From the NCBI GenBank assembly GCA_963836075.1, contig CAWIIB010000009.1, positions 1,856,001 through 1,920,000 on the forward strand: 64,000 bases of DNA, given 5' to 3'. The position numbers and the translations under genes are program-made. The stretch is from an uncultured Acidobacteriota bacterium (GTDB lineage: Bacteria; Acidobacteriota; JAQAZP01). This document shows, one piece after another, positions 38,620 through 47,235 of the stretch (positions are counted from its first letter, which is position 1; each line of letters opens with the position of its first letter). The notes beneath the pieces were generated by a model, which worked only from the letters and a program-made list of their open reading frames with translations, made no database searches and had not been told where the DNA came from.

Positions 38620-40527
38620 ATGAAAGCCTTTGAGAGTATCCGACTCAATGCACTGACACTCCCGAATCGCCTGGTCATGGCCCCGGTGAAAACAGCGTTC
38701 GGAAGCAGCGAAGGGAAAGTGACCGATACGCTTTTGGCCTACTACTCGCGCCGCGCGAAAGGCGGTGTGGGAACGATCATTGTCGAGCCGCTTTATGTAG
38801 ATGGTGCGGGCAAGGAACATCCCAAGCAGCTTGGGATCGATGTCGGCAACCATCTTGACGGCCTCCATCGGCTCGTCTCCACAATCCACGCCGGTGGCGC
38901 TAGAGCCTTTGCCCATCTCAACCATGCCGGACGCGCCGCAAACCCGAAGGCCACCGGCCTCACTCCGGAGGCGCCATCGGAAATGGTTTGTCCCTCCACC
39001 GGGGTTGTGGCCCGGGAGATGGATGAAGCTCGGATTCAGGAGATTGTCCAGGCCTTTGTCCACGCTGCGTGGCGGGCGAAATGGGCGAAATTCGACGGAG
39101 TGGAACTTCAATGCGGGCTGGGCTACCTTGTGGCTCAATTTTATTCCCCAAAAACCAATCATCGCCAGGACGGATACGGTGGTAGCCGGGAGAGACGCGC
39201 GCGATTTGCTCAGGAGGTGGTCAAGGCCGTGCGTAAAACTCTTGGGCCGGACATGCCTCTCATCGCCCGTATCTCCGCAACGGAACAGGTGGATGGCGGG
39301 CTGGACCTGAAGGACGGTCAGGATCTGGCCCGGAGGCTGGTGAGCTGGGGAATCGACGCCCTGCACGTGGTAAGCGGTTCGGCCTGCGACACACCTCCCT
39401 GGTACTACCAGCACATGAGTCTGCCCGAGGGGAAGAACGAACTGTTTGCCGCCGGAATCCGAAAGGGGCTCGATATCCCGGTCATCGTTGCCGGGCGTCT
39501 CGGGGATCCGGATCGAATTGCCGGCATCCTTGCCGACGGGCAGGCGGACATGGTGGCCTTGGGCCGGCCCCTGGTTGCCGACCCTGATCTGCCCCGGAAA
39601 ATGCGTGAGGGCCGCACGGATAAAATCATGCTGTGCGGGGGCTGCCTGCAGGGCTGCCTCGTTTCCGTCAAAGCGGGTGAGGGTCTCAGCTGCATCGTAA
39701 ACCCGGAAGTGGGCCACGAAGCGGAAACAGAGCCGGCCGCGAAAACCCCACGCCACGTGGTGGTGATCGGCGGCGGGCCGGCGGGTCTGATGGCTGCTAT
39801 CGTTGCCCGCAGGCGCGGTCATTCCGTCACCCTTCTTGAAAAAGGGGAACTGGGAGGGCAATTCGCGCTCTCCTATCTCGCACCGGGCAAGGAGGCCATG
39901 CAGCGGCCCTTGTCTTCACTGCTCCATTGGGCGCGCCGATCCGGGGCTGACATTCGCACGGGAATGGCGGCCGACGTTGATGCAATTATCGACCTGGCCC
40001 CCGGCGTGGTGGTGTTGGCAACCGGAGCGAAACCGATCATGCCGGTCATTCCGGGTCTCGTATCAGCTGTTACCGGTGAGGAGGCTCTCAACGGGAACAC
40101 GGAGATCGGCGATAGAGTCCTCGTACTTGGCGGCGGACTGGTGGGTATCGAGGTTGCCGAATTCCTCGCCAAACGCAACAGAAAAGTAGTTGTCGTCGAA
40201 ATGCTGGACGATATCGCCCGCGACATGGAAATGATCACACGCAAAATGACGATCAAACGTCTTCAGACCCTGGATGTTGAGATTCATACAAACACGACAC
40301 TTCTGCGGATGGAGGGAAACAGGGCCATTGTGCGGGATGAAACGGGCATCCATGATTCTGGATCGTATGACACGGTTGTGGTGGCGGTGGGGACGCACCC
40401 GGAGGGTTCACTCTCGCAGCCCCTTGCCGAACGGGGGATCGAGGTCCACAAAATCGGTGATGCCTCGGAACTGGGGCAGGTGATTGGCGCCGTTCGTTCG
40501 GGATGGGAAACGGGGCGGCGAATCTAA
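38620..40527 (+). CDS. NADH:flavin oxidoreductase (OYE barrel + 4Fe-4S + FAD domain)
   Basis: NRLVMAP, HLNHAGR, YGGS, CGGCLQGC..C, two GxGxxG. Confidence 0.9.
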   Translation: MKAFESIRLNALTLPNRLVMAPVKTAFGSSEGKVTDTLLAYYSRRAKGGVGTIIVEPLYVDGAGKEHPKQLGIDVGNHLDGLHRLVSTIHAGGARAFAHLNHAGRAANPKATGLTPEAPSEMVCPSTGVVAREMDEARIQEIVQAFVHAAWRAKWAKFDGVELQCGLGYLVAQFYSPKTNHRQDGYGGSRERRARFAQEVVKAVRKTLGPDMPLIARISATEQVDGGLDLKDGQDLARRLVSWGIDALHVVSGSACDTPPWYYQHMSLPEGKNELFAAGIRKGLDIPVIVAGRLGDPDRIAGILADGQADMVALGRPLVADPDLPRKMREGRTDKIMLCGGCLQGCLVSVKAGEGLSCIVNPEVGHEAETEPAAKTPRHVVVIGGGPAGLMAAIVARRRGHSVTLLEKGELGGQFALSYLAPGKEAMQRPLSSLLHWARRSGADIRTGMAADVDAIIDLAPGVVVLATGAKPIMPVIPGLVSAVTGEEALNGNTEIGDRVLVLGGGLVGIEVAEFLAKRNRKVVVVEMLDDIARDMEMITRKMTIKRLQTLDVEIHTNTTLLRMEGNRAIVRDETGIHDSGSYDTVVVAVGTHPEGSLSQPLAERGIEVHKIGDASELGQVIGAVRSGWETGRRI

Positions 40528-40554
40528 CTTTTTACATGCAGATTGGAGGTCGCC

Positions 40555-40866
40555 ATGCTCGACATGATCGTAGATTGCAATTCAATGGAATGGCAGGACG
40601 CCAGCGACATGTATCCGCAGGGTACGAAAATTAAAGTGCTTCGCGACGACCAGGGAGGAAGAACCATCGTCCTTCAGCTGCCACTAGGTTTCAGAATGGA
40701 AGGCCACAGCCATACCAAGAATGAGCAGCACTATGTTTTGAGCGGGCAGTATGAATTGGAGGGTAGAGCCTGCGGCGAGGGGACCTACCAGCTTATTCAC
40801 TCTGAAATGAGCCATGGTCCATTTACGTCGGAGGCCGGAGCAGTGGTTCTGGTCATCTGGAACTGA
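40555..40866 (+). CDS. ChrR-like cupin protein
   Basis: HSH...EQHYVLSG...HGPF. Confidence 0.8.
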   Translation: MLDMIVDCNSMEWQDASDMYPQGTKIKVLRDDQGGRTIVLQLPLGFRMEGHSHTKNEQHYVLSGQYELEGRACGEGTYQLIHSEMSHGPFTSEAGAVVLVIWN

Positions 40867-40919
40867 TGGCAAAGAGGGCAGTACTGAGCAATTCCCGCAG
40901 CGGGCCTGTCGGCTGGTCG

Positions 40920-40935
40920 TGGCATGAGTTGTGCT
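40920..40935 (+). promoter_or_regulatory. putative sigma54 promoter
   Basis: TGGCATGAGTTGTGCT (GG-N10-GC). Confidence 0.55.
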
Positions 40936-40996
40936 TAAGCAATAGGGTGTACTGAGCGTTCATTCATGTCACCCTGAAACAGGGAAGGAGAATGTC

Positions 40997-41194
40997 ATGT
41001 CTGATAAAATCAATCCGGACGAAAGAGAAGAGATGACCACCGACACTCACAAACCTGCTCGCCCACTGAAGTACTTCAAGGACAATGATGGTTACGGCTG
41101 GCTTTGCGACAAGGATATCGATCCCGGCAAAGATTTCCGGACGCAGGGTTGCTGGCGGTGCGACCAGATGGCGTTCCCCACTGGAGGGAGATAG
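40997..41194 (+). CDS. standalone ARP...GxxWxC micro-protein (65 aa)
   Basis: AAGGAG RBS; PARPLKYFKDNDGYGWLCDKDIDPGKDFRTQGCWRCDQMAF. Confidence 0.8.
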   Translation: MSDKINPDEREEMTTDTHKPARPLKYFKDNDGYGWLCDKDIDPGKDFRTQGCWRCDQMAFPTGGR

Positions 41195-41315
41195 TCGCAG
41201 GTATACCAGGCCCTCTTGTCCTTGATATGGCCGGGAGCATCCTGCTTGACGCAAAACCTGGTCTGTCCGCCAGCAGCATTCGCCGGCGGACAGGCCGGCA
41301 TGATAGTGATCGCCG

Positions 41316-41414
41316 CTACTCTCTGAACACGACCGAGCCTGGTCTGATCATCGTGCTCCCTTCCTCTATCGCCACCTTGTAAGCGTTGGACATTCCCATG
41401 GATAAGACCTTCAT
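41316..41414 (-). pseudogene. C-terminal remnant of YggS/PLP homeostasis protein
   Basis: MKVLSMGMSNAYKVAIEEGSTMIRPGSVVFRE*, preceded by in-frame TAA. Confidence 0.75.
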
Positions 41415-41580
41415 TTAAACTGCAGGGGTGGACAGGATCGGCGATAGAGCTGGTCACGGCTGTTTGGATCCCGGATTCATCTTGACCCGAGGATTGCGAA
41501 AAGGCTACTCTAGCGTGATGGGACATTGCAATAGTGCGACTATCGACAGGTTGCCCTTCCAAACCGGAGCGTTGGGTTAA

Positions 41581-42957
41581 ATGACCAGTGAGCAGACCCC
41601 GTCCTTCGAAATATCGTCTCCCGATTTGCTGGAGGCGGTTCTCTCGAGCCTCAACGATGGAGTGTTCTGTGTCGACCAGAACTGGAAGGTCATTTTATTC
41701 AATCAAGCCGCCCAGATGATCACCGGGATTTCCAGGGAGCAAGCCATCGGAAAGCAGTGCTGTGAGGTCCTGCGCAGCAACATCTGCGAGAATGCCTGCG
41801 CGCTCCGCTATACCATGGAAACCGGCAGACCTGTTGTCAACCTTGCCATCACCATTACCAATACCGAGGAAGCGAAAATCCCGATCAGCATTTCAACGAG
41901 CCTGCTGAAGAACAGCAGGGGTGAGGTCGTCGGTGGGGTGGAAACATTTCGTGACCTTCGCCTGGTGGAGCAACTGAGAAGGGAACTCGAGGCTCGTCAC
42001 ACATTTCAGGATATCATCAGCAAAAGCCCAAAGATGCGGCACCTGTTCGACATGATTCCCGTCGTTGCCGATAGTGACAGCACTGTATTGATCACTGGAG
42101 AAAGTGGAACCGGCAAAGGTCTGGTGGCAAAAGCTATTCACTTTACAAGCCCTAGACAGGACGGGCCTCTCATCACCGTCAATTGCTCTGCCATGCCCGA
42201 AACGCTCCTGGAATCGGAACTGTTTGGCTACAAGAAGGGCGCTTTCACCGATGCCCGACGGGACAAGCCGGGCAGATTTGCCGCTGCCGAGGGCGGAACT
42301 CTTTTTCTCGATGAAATCGGCGATATCCCGCCGTCGATTCAGATGAAATTGCTGAGAGTCATCCAGGAAAAGGTTTACGAACCGCTGGGGGGAACAAAGA
42401 GCGTGAGCGCCGATGTTCGCATCCTGTCAGCAACGAACAAAAATCTCGAGCAGTTGGTGAAGGAAGAGCGATTCAGGATGGATCTCTACTATCGAATTAA
42501 CGTGATCCGCCTGGAGTTGCCGCCTCTTTCGGAGCGGAGTGAGGACGTGCCCTTGCTGGTGAACCATTTCATCGCGCGCTTCTCCTCAATCAAGGGGAAG
42601 GATATCGAAGGCATTGTGCCGGACGCGATGAATATCCTTATGCGACATGAATACCCGGGGAATGTGAGGGAACTGGAAAACATCGTCGAACATGCATTCG
42701 TGTTGTGCCCGGGCGGGATGATCCGGACCAACCATCTGCCGGAATATCTCCAGCCCAAAATCGTCCCCCCCGAAAGTGGCGCCCTTCAATTGCTGCAGCA
42801 GTATGAGAAGGAACTGATCCTGGAAGTGTTGCGAAGAAATCACTGGAACAGGGATCGAGCCGCCAGGGAGCTGGGAATCCACAAAACCACGCTGTTCAGA
42901 AAGATTCAGAAGTTGGGTCTCCAATTGCCGAAACAGGACGGAAGATCGAAAAAATAG
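41581..42957 (+). CDS. PAS-domain sigma54 enhancer-binding protein
   Basis: PAS with CCEVLRSNIC; GESGTGKG, GAFTDA, GNVRELEN, HTH. Confidence 0.95.
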   Translation: MTSEQTPSFEISSPDLLEAVLSSLNDGVFCVDQNWKVILFNQAAQMITGISREQAIGKQCCEVLRSNICENACALRYTMETGRPVVNLAITITNTEEAKIPISISTSLLKNSRGEVVGGVETFRDLRLVEQLRRELEARHTFQDIISKSPKMRHLFDMIPVVADSDSTVLITGESGTGKGLVAKAIHFTSPRQDGPLITVNCSAMPETLLESELFGYKKGAFTDARRDKPGRFAAAEGGTLFLDEIGDIPPSIQMKLLRVIQEKVYEPLGGTKSVSADVRILSATNKNLEQLVKEERFRMDLYYRINVIRLELPPLSERSEDVPLLVNHFIARFSSIKGKDIEGIVPDAMNILMRHEYPGNVRELENIVEHAFVLCPGGMIRTNHLPEYLQPKIVPPESGALQLLQQYEKELILEVLRRNHWNRDRAARELGIHKTTLFRKIQKLGLQLPKQDGRSKK

Positions 42958-43116
42958 CGTTTTGGCTCTATTGCTATTCCAAATCGCAATAGCCCAAGTC
43001 GCAATAGCGCTACGCTCAGGACCCTTCAGGCCACCGCCATTCGACCCCCACCACTAGTTCCTGCGTATCCAGTTTGATTACAACAAGTACAAATGTTGTC
43101 CGGTCTGTGCTTTTAC

Positions 43117-43132
43117 TGGTACGGTCCTTGCT
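43117..43132 (+). promoter_or_regulatory. sigma54 promoter
   Basis: TGGTACGGTCCTTGCT; UAS GTCGCAATAGCGCTAC at 42998. Confidence 0.8.
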
Positions 43133-43228
43133 TTACTAGTTGGATACCACCTTGGTAGACCCCATGGGACGAGAGATTGATGGTGTGCCCCTCGTCTTTC
43201 GGGCGCAAGGGGTAGATTGGAGGTTGTC

Positions 43229-43585
43229 ATGAGGTACGAAGCCAGCAAACTCCAGGGGGTAGTTGTCTTCAAGCTTTTCGGATACCTCAAGGGTTGCCGG
43301 GACAGTTACCATTTTCTGAACAGGGTCCGGGAACTACTGGAAAACCAGAACCGGGGGAAGGTCGTCATCGATCTGGGATGCTTGGAAAAAATCGACAGTG
43401 CGGGTGTCGGTGTTCTGGCATCCATTGTCACGGCAGCGGAGCTTTCGGGGGCATCCCTTGTCTTTTCAAACATCACCAAGAGAGTCGAGAAACCGATTGT
43501 GATCGCCAGGTTGATGCGTGTGCTCAAAGTGGTGCCGACTCTTGAAGACGCAGTAACGGACCTGGCGGGCCAAGCAGTATTGTAG
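43229..43585 (+). CDS. STAS anti-anti-sigma factor
   Basis: VVIDL..LEKIDSAGVGVL. Confidence 0.85.
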   Translation: MRYEASKLQGVVVFKLFGYLKGCRDSYHFLNRVRELLENQNRGKVVIDLGCLEKIDSAGVGVLASIVTAAELSGASLVFSNITKRVEKPIVIARLMRVLKVVPTLEDAVTDLAGQAVL

Positions 43586-43641
43586 TGACCTCCCCCTTTT
43601 CCCGGTGGAGCGTCAATTAACCGAAATAGGAGGAGCCGCAG

Positions 43642-44064
43642 ATGAACACGAATCTCATCAGGATGATAGAAACAAATCGAGATCTGCTCAGAACCAGGGT
43701 GTCAACCCAGGTTCGAATCCCAAGTGCACCTCACTATCAAGATCGGGTAAAGCAGCTCCTCGGAGTCCGGGCCGAAAGGCTCATCCAGGAATACCTGGAA
43801 TCAGTACGCACAGAATCCACGGGATTCATCGACTATGTGCGCAGTTTGGCGGAAGAGAGGATCCAGGAAGGATTCCGCTTGAGTGAGATCCAGATGGCCC
43901 TGAATATCTTTGGTGAGGAAATATGGCAGCTCTGCACCGAGTCGGAACCTGACAAGTACAAACAACTGAGGTACCTGAGCCAGATGTTTATCACAATCGG
44001 GGCGGCCAAGGACCAGGTGGCACAAGTGTACCTGCGCCAGAGGGAAGAGGAGTTGTTTAAGTGA
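43642..44064 (+). CDS. RsbRD_N-like helical domain protein, paralog 1
   Basis: HY...ERIQEGFRLSEIQMALNIF...AKDQVAQVYL. Confidence 0.65.
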   Translation: MNTNLIRMIETNRDLLRTRVSTQVRIPSAPHYQDRVKQLLGVRAERLIQEYLESVRTESTGFIDYVRSLAEERIQEGFRLSEIQMALNIFGEEIWQLCTESEPDKYKQLRYLSQMFITIGAAKDQVAQVYLRQREEELFK

Positions 44065-44287
44065 AAACAGACGCCAGCCTGACAAATATCAGAACCCGAT
44101 AGAACCTGTAGAGAAACGGCCGCCACCCCAATAGTCGTGTTCAGTTCATGTCACCGGCTCTCCCGGCACCACCATTTCAAAATGAAATACCGCCTCTTTT
44201 ATTTTGCATTTCCCCGAGCTCTCCGCCATGGCCAAACAACCACATAATCACTTGAATATAAAGTCACTTAACCTCTTCCCGATGGGT

Positions 44288-44303
44288 TGGCACTCAAGTT
44301 GCT
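44288..44303 (+). promoter_or_regulatory. sigma54 promoter
   Basis: TGGCACTCAAGTTGCT; UAS ATTTCAAAATGAAAT at 44174. Confidence 0.85.
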
Positions 44304-44466
44304 TTGCTGTATAGCCGGTGAACGGGCATCGTTTGCAAATGGCTTCGATCCCCTTGCGGAGGTCCGTAAGCCAATATGAAATTCGAGGAATCACAAGTTA
44401 TCGGTGTTGGAGGATCCGTCAATGAACACGAACCGTGATCAAAAGCATTCTGGGGGGCAGAGTCAA

Positions 44467-44848
44467 ATGTTATCCATCAAGAAGATATTGTTCCCTACGG
44501 ACTTTTCCCGTTGCTCTGAACAGGCTTTTTCACATGCACTCTATCTTTCGAAGCGATATGGTGCGGAACTGCACTTACTCCATGCCATCGTGATGTATGA
44601 ACATGATTTTAGAGGATGTCGGTGAGACAAAACGTAAAGAAGTGGTAAGTGTTGTCGACGGCCATGCAGCCAGTGAAATCGTGAAATATGCCAAAGACCA
44701 CGAAATGGACATGATTGTCATTGCCACCCATGGTTTGACCGGGCTTCAACACATGTTGATCGGCAGCGTAACTGAAAAGGTGGTTCGTATGGCACATTGT
44801 CCGGTGTTCGTCGTCAAGGCATATGGCAAATCTCTGGTGGGTGACTGA
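44467..44848 (+). pseudogene. universal stress protein with internal deletion/frameshift
   Basis: IKKILFPTDFS...LHAI in one frame; GHAASEI...IATHG...GSVTEKVVR in another. Confidence 0.8.
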
Positions 44849-44912
44849 TAAACGGGGAGCGGGATCTCATCAAGCGTTTCGACAACGGATTACAGATGTG
44901 GAGAATCAGAGG

Positions 44913-45215
44913 ATGAACACCCAATTTTATTCGCTCTTGAAAGAAGAACAAGATGATTTGGTATTGGAAGCAGTCAATCGGCTCAAAACCTCGACAGCCA
45001 CTCACTATAGCCACGCTGACGTCAATAATCTTCGTTCGAGGTTTAATAAACTGATTCAAGAATTTATTCTGTCCGCAATGGGGGAGCAAGAGGGTTTTGC
45101 CGAGTATTTACAAAAGATCAGCAACGACAGAATCAGAGAGGGATACGACTTCAGTGAAGTGCAAGATGCCCTGAACACAATCGAGAGCCTGGTTTGGAGG
45201 CTTTGCAGGGAATCC
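44913..45215 (+). pseudogene. RsbRD_N-like paralog 2, 3'-truncated
   Basis: STATHY...RIREGYDFSEVQDALN...WRLC; lacks the last helix of the other paralogs. Confidence 0.65.
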
Positions 45216-45348
45216 CGCAGGGAATCAGCACCCGCTTTTCACTCCTGATCAGGAGGACGCTCTTTTCCGGATAGTGCCTCTTGCTAGTCAGTGCCGCGGT
45301 CAACCCTGCGGCACTGCCCCCGGCTACTACAACGTCATATGTGTCCAT
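45208..45348 (-). pseudogene. N-terminal remnant of FAD-dependent pyridine nucleotide-disulfide oxidoreductase (CoA-disulfide reductase/Nox-like)
   Basis: MDTYDVVVAGGSAAG...IPCGIP then breaks; GGAGG RBS. Confidence 0.75.
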
Positions 45349-45362
45349 TGTTCTTCCTCCCT

Positions 45363-46484
45363 TCACCCGATGAGCGAAAGCAGTACACCTGCCGCCACGG
45401 CGGTGCCGATCACCCCGGCCACATTGGGGCCCATGGCGTGCATCAAGAGGTAGTTGTCCGGGTCTTCCTCGCTGGCCACGTTGTGTACCACTCTGGCGGC
45501 CATGGGAACCGCCGAAACCCCGGCGGCCCCGATCAGGGGGTTGACCGGGCTTCCGGGCAGCCGCGACATCAGCTTGCCCAGCAGCAGCCCGCCGGCGGTG
45601 GAGATGGCGAAGGCCGCGCAGCCGAGGACCAGAATTTTCAGCGTCTGCGGCTGGAGGAACTGTTCGCCGTTCATAGTCACGCCGACGCAGAGTCCCAGGA
45701 GGATGGTCACCAGGTTGATCAGCTCGTTCTGAGCTGAGCGGGTCAGCCGCTCGGTCACCCCGCATTCACGCAGCAGGTTGCCAAACATCAGCAGACCCAC
45801 CAGGGTGATGGAAGCGGGCACCAGCAGGGCGCAGATGATGGTGACCGTCACCGGGAAAACGATCCGCAGCCAGCGCGGCACGTTGACGTTGTTCTCCATC
45901 CGGATCGCCCGCTCCTTCCGCGTGGTCAGCAGGCGCATGATCGGCGGCTGGATAATCGGCACCAGCGCCATGTAAGAATAGGCCGATACCGCGATGACCC
46001 CCAGCAGATGCGGGGCCAGCTTGGCCGAGAGGTAGATCGAAGTGGGGCCGTCAGCGCCGCCGATGATGGCGATGGCAGCTGCTTCCTCGGGGGTGAACCC
46101 AAGAAGCCCGGCGGCAACCAGGGTGATCACCACGCCCAGCTGGGCCGCGGCGCCGAGGAGCAGGGTCTTGGGGTTGGAGAGCAGTGGCCCGAAATCGGTC
46201 AGCGCCCCCAGGCCGAGAAAGATCAGCGGCGGGAAGATCTCCAGCCGCACACCGTGGAACAGGTAGTAAAAGAGACCGCCGATCTCCTCCCCCACCGGGG
46301 CGGCCATCAGCCCGCCCAGGGGCAGGTTGGCCAGGATGGCGCCAAAGCCGATGGGCACCAGCAGGAGGGGCTCGAATCGTTTGTGGATGGCCAGCCAGAG
46401 CAGAACCACCCCCACGCCGATCATTGCCGCTTCACGCCAGACCAGGTGGTAGAGGCCGGTATTGCTGAGCAGTTCGGTCAGCAT
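45363..46484 (-). CDS. Na+-translocating decarboxylase beta subunit
   Basis: FEPLLLVPIGFG, IIGGADGPTSIY, GVSAVPMAARV, HAMGPNVAGVIG. Confidence 0.95.
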   Translation of the reverse strand: MLTELLSNTGLYHLVWREAAMIGVGVVLLWLAIHKRFEPLLLVPIGFGAILANLPLGGLMAAPVGEEIGGLFYYLFHGVRLEIFPPLIFLGLGALTDFGPLLSNPKTLLLGAAAQLGVVITLVAAGLLGFTPEEAAAIAIIGGADGPTSIYLSAKLAPHLLGVIAVSAYSYMALVPIIQPPIMRLLTTRKERAIRMENNVNVPRWLRIVFPVTVTIICALLVPASITLVGLLMFGNLLRECGVTERLTRSAQNELINLVTILLGLCVGVTMNGEQFLQPQTLKILVLGCAAFAISTAGGLLLGKLMSRLPGSPVNPLIGAAGVSAVPMAARVVHNVASEEDPDNYLLMHAMGPNVAGVIGTAVAAGVLLSLIG

Positions 46485-46485
46485 G

Positions 46486-46917
46486 TCACACCTGGTTTTC
46501 CTGTGGCTGGTAGCGCACCAGCACGTCGCCAGCCTGCACCGGTTCGCCAACGACCACGCACTGTTCGGCGATTACCCCCTTGCGTGGGGCGTAGATGTAG
46601 GTGTCCATCTTCATCGCGTCCAGCAGCACCAGGGGAGCCCGGTCTTCCACCGTGGCCCCGGCGTCGGCGAAATACTTCTGCACGGTGCCGGCAATGGGGG
46701 CTTTCACTGCGTCGGGGTCGGCGGCGGCAGCGCCGCTCGACCTGACCCTGGCCGGCTGTGGCGCCGCCGCCGTCGCCGGAGGCCGGCCAGCCAGCGGGGT
46801 GCCGGTGCGGGAGAAGGAGTTCATCCCGGCCCCCGGGACGTGCCGCTCATCGTCCTCCAGCACCTCCACCTCAACGTCATATCGATTTCCGTTGACCGTA
46901 ATACGGAGCTTCTTCAT
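46486..46917 (-). CDS. biotin carboxyl carrier subunit
   Basis: Ala/Pro linker, AMKM. Confidence 0.9.
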   Translation of the reverse strand: MKKLRITVNGNRYDVEVEVLEDDERHVPGAGMNSFSRTGTPLAGRPPATAAAPQPARVRSSGAAAADPDAVKAPIAGTVQKYFADAGATVEDRAPLVLLDAMKMDTYIYAPRKGVIAEQCVVVGEPVQAGDVLVRYQPQENQV

Positions 46918-47231
46918 CGTTTGGGTTCCACCCTGTGTGAATGCATGATGTCCACCCGGCCGGCGCGGGACCAGAGTTCGTCCTCGGTGTCATGGTGCAG
47001 GTGAATCCGGCGAACGCGCGCCCTGGGCCCCAGCACGGTGTGCGCCGCTGCCGCCAGCACAACGGCGAGTTCCTCATCGGGACCATCGCCTGCCGTTTTC
47101 CCGGCCGGAACCCGCCGTCCTTCAACGGCCAGCGCCAGAGCTCTGAGGCCATAGAGCACCAGGCTGATCAGGGCCAGCGAGGTGGACACCATCAGAAAGG
47201 TCATCAGCGCACTGTTGAGAAAGATGTTCAT
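46914..47231 (-). CDS. decarboxylase anchor subunit (OadG/MmdD-like)
   Basis: N-term TM, EELAVVLAAAA, WSRAGR. Confidence 0.8.
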   Translation of the reverse strand: MNIFLNSALMTFLMVSTSLALISLVLYGLRALALAVEGRRVPAGKTAGDGPDEELAVVLAAAAHTVLGPRARVRRIHLHHDTEDELWSRAGRVDIMHSHRVEPKR

Positions 47232-47235
47232 GGTT

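Noticed and set aside
40997-41194. Micro-proteins as RiPP precursors for the radical SAM at 33768
   Set aside because: The radical SAM is TYW1-like without a SPASM/RRE region, it is not adjacent, and the domain also occurs as a C-terminal fusion
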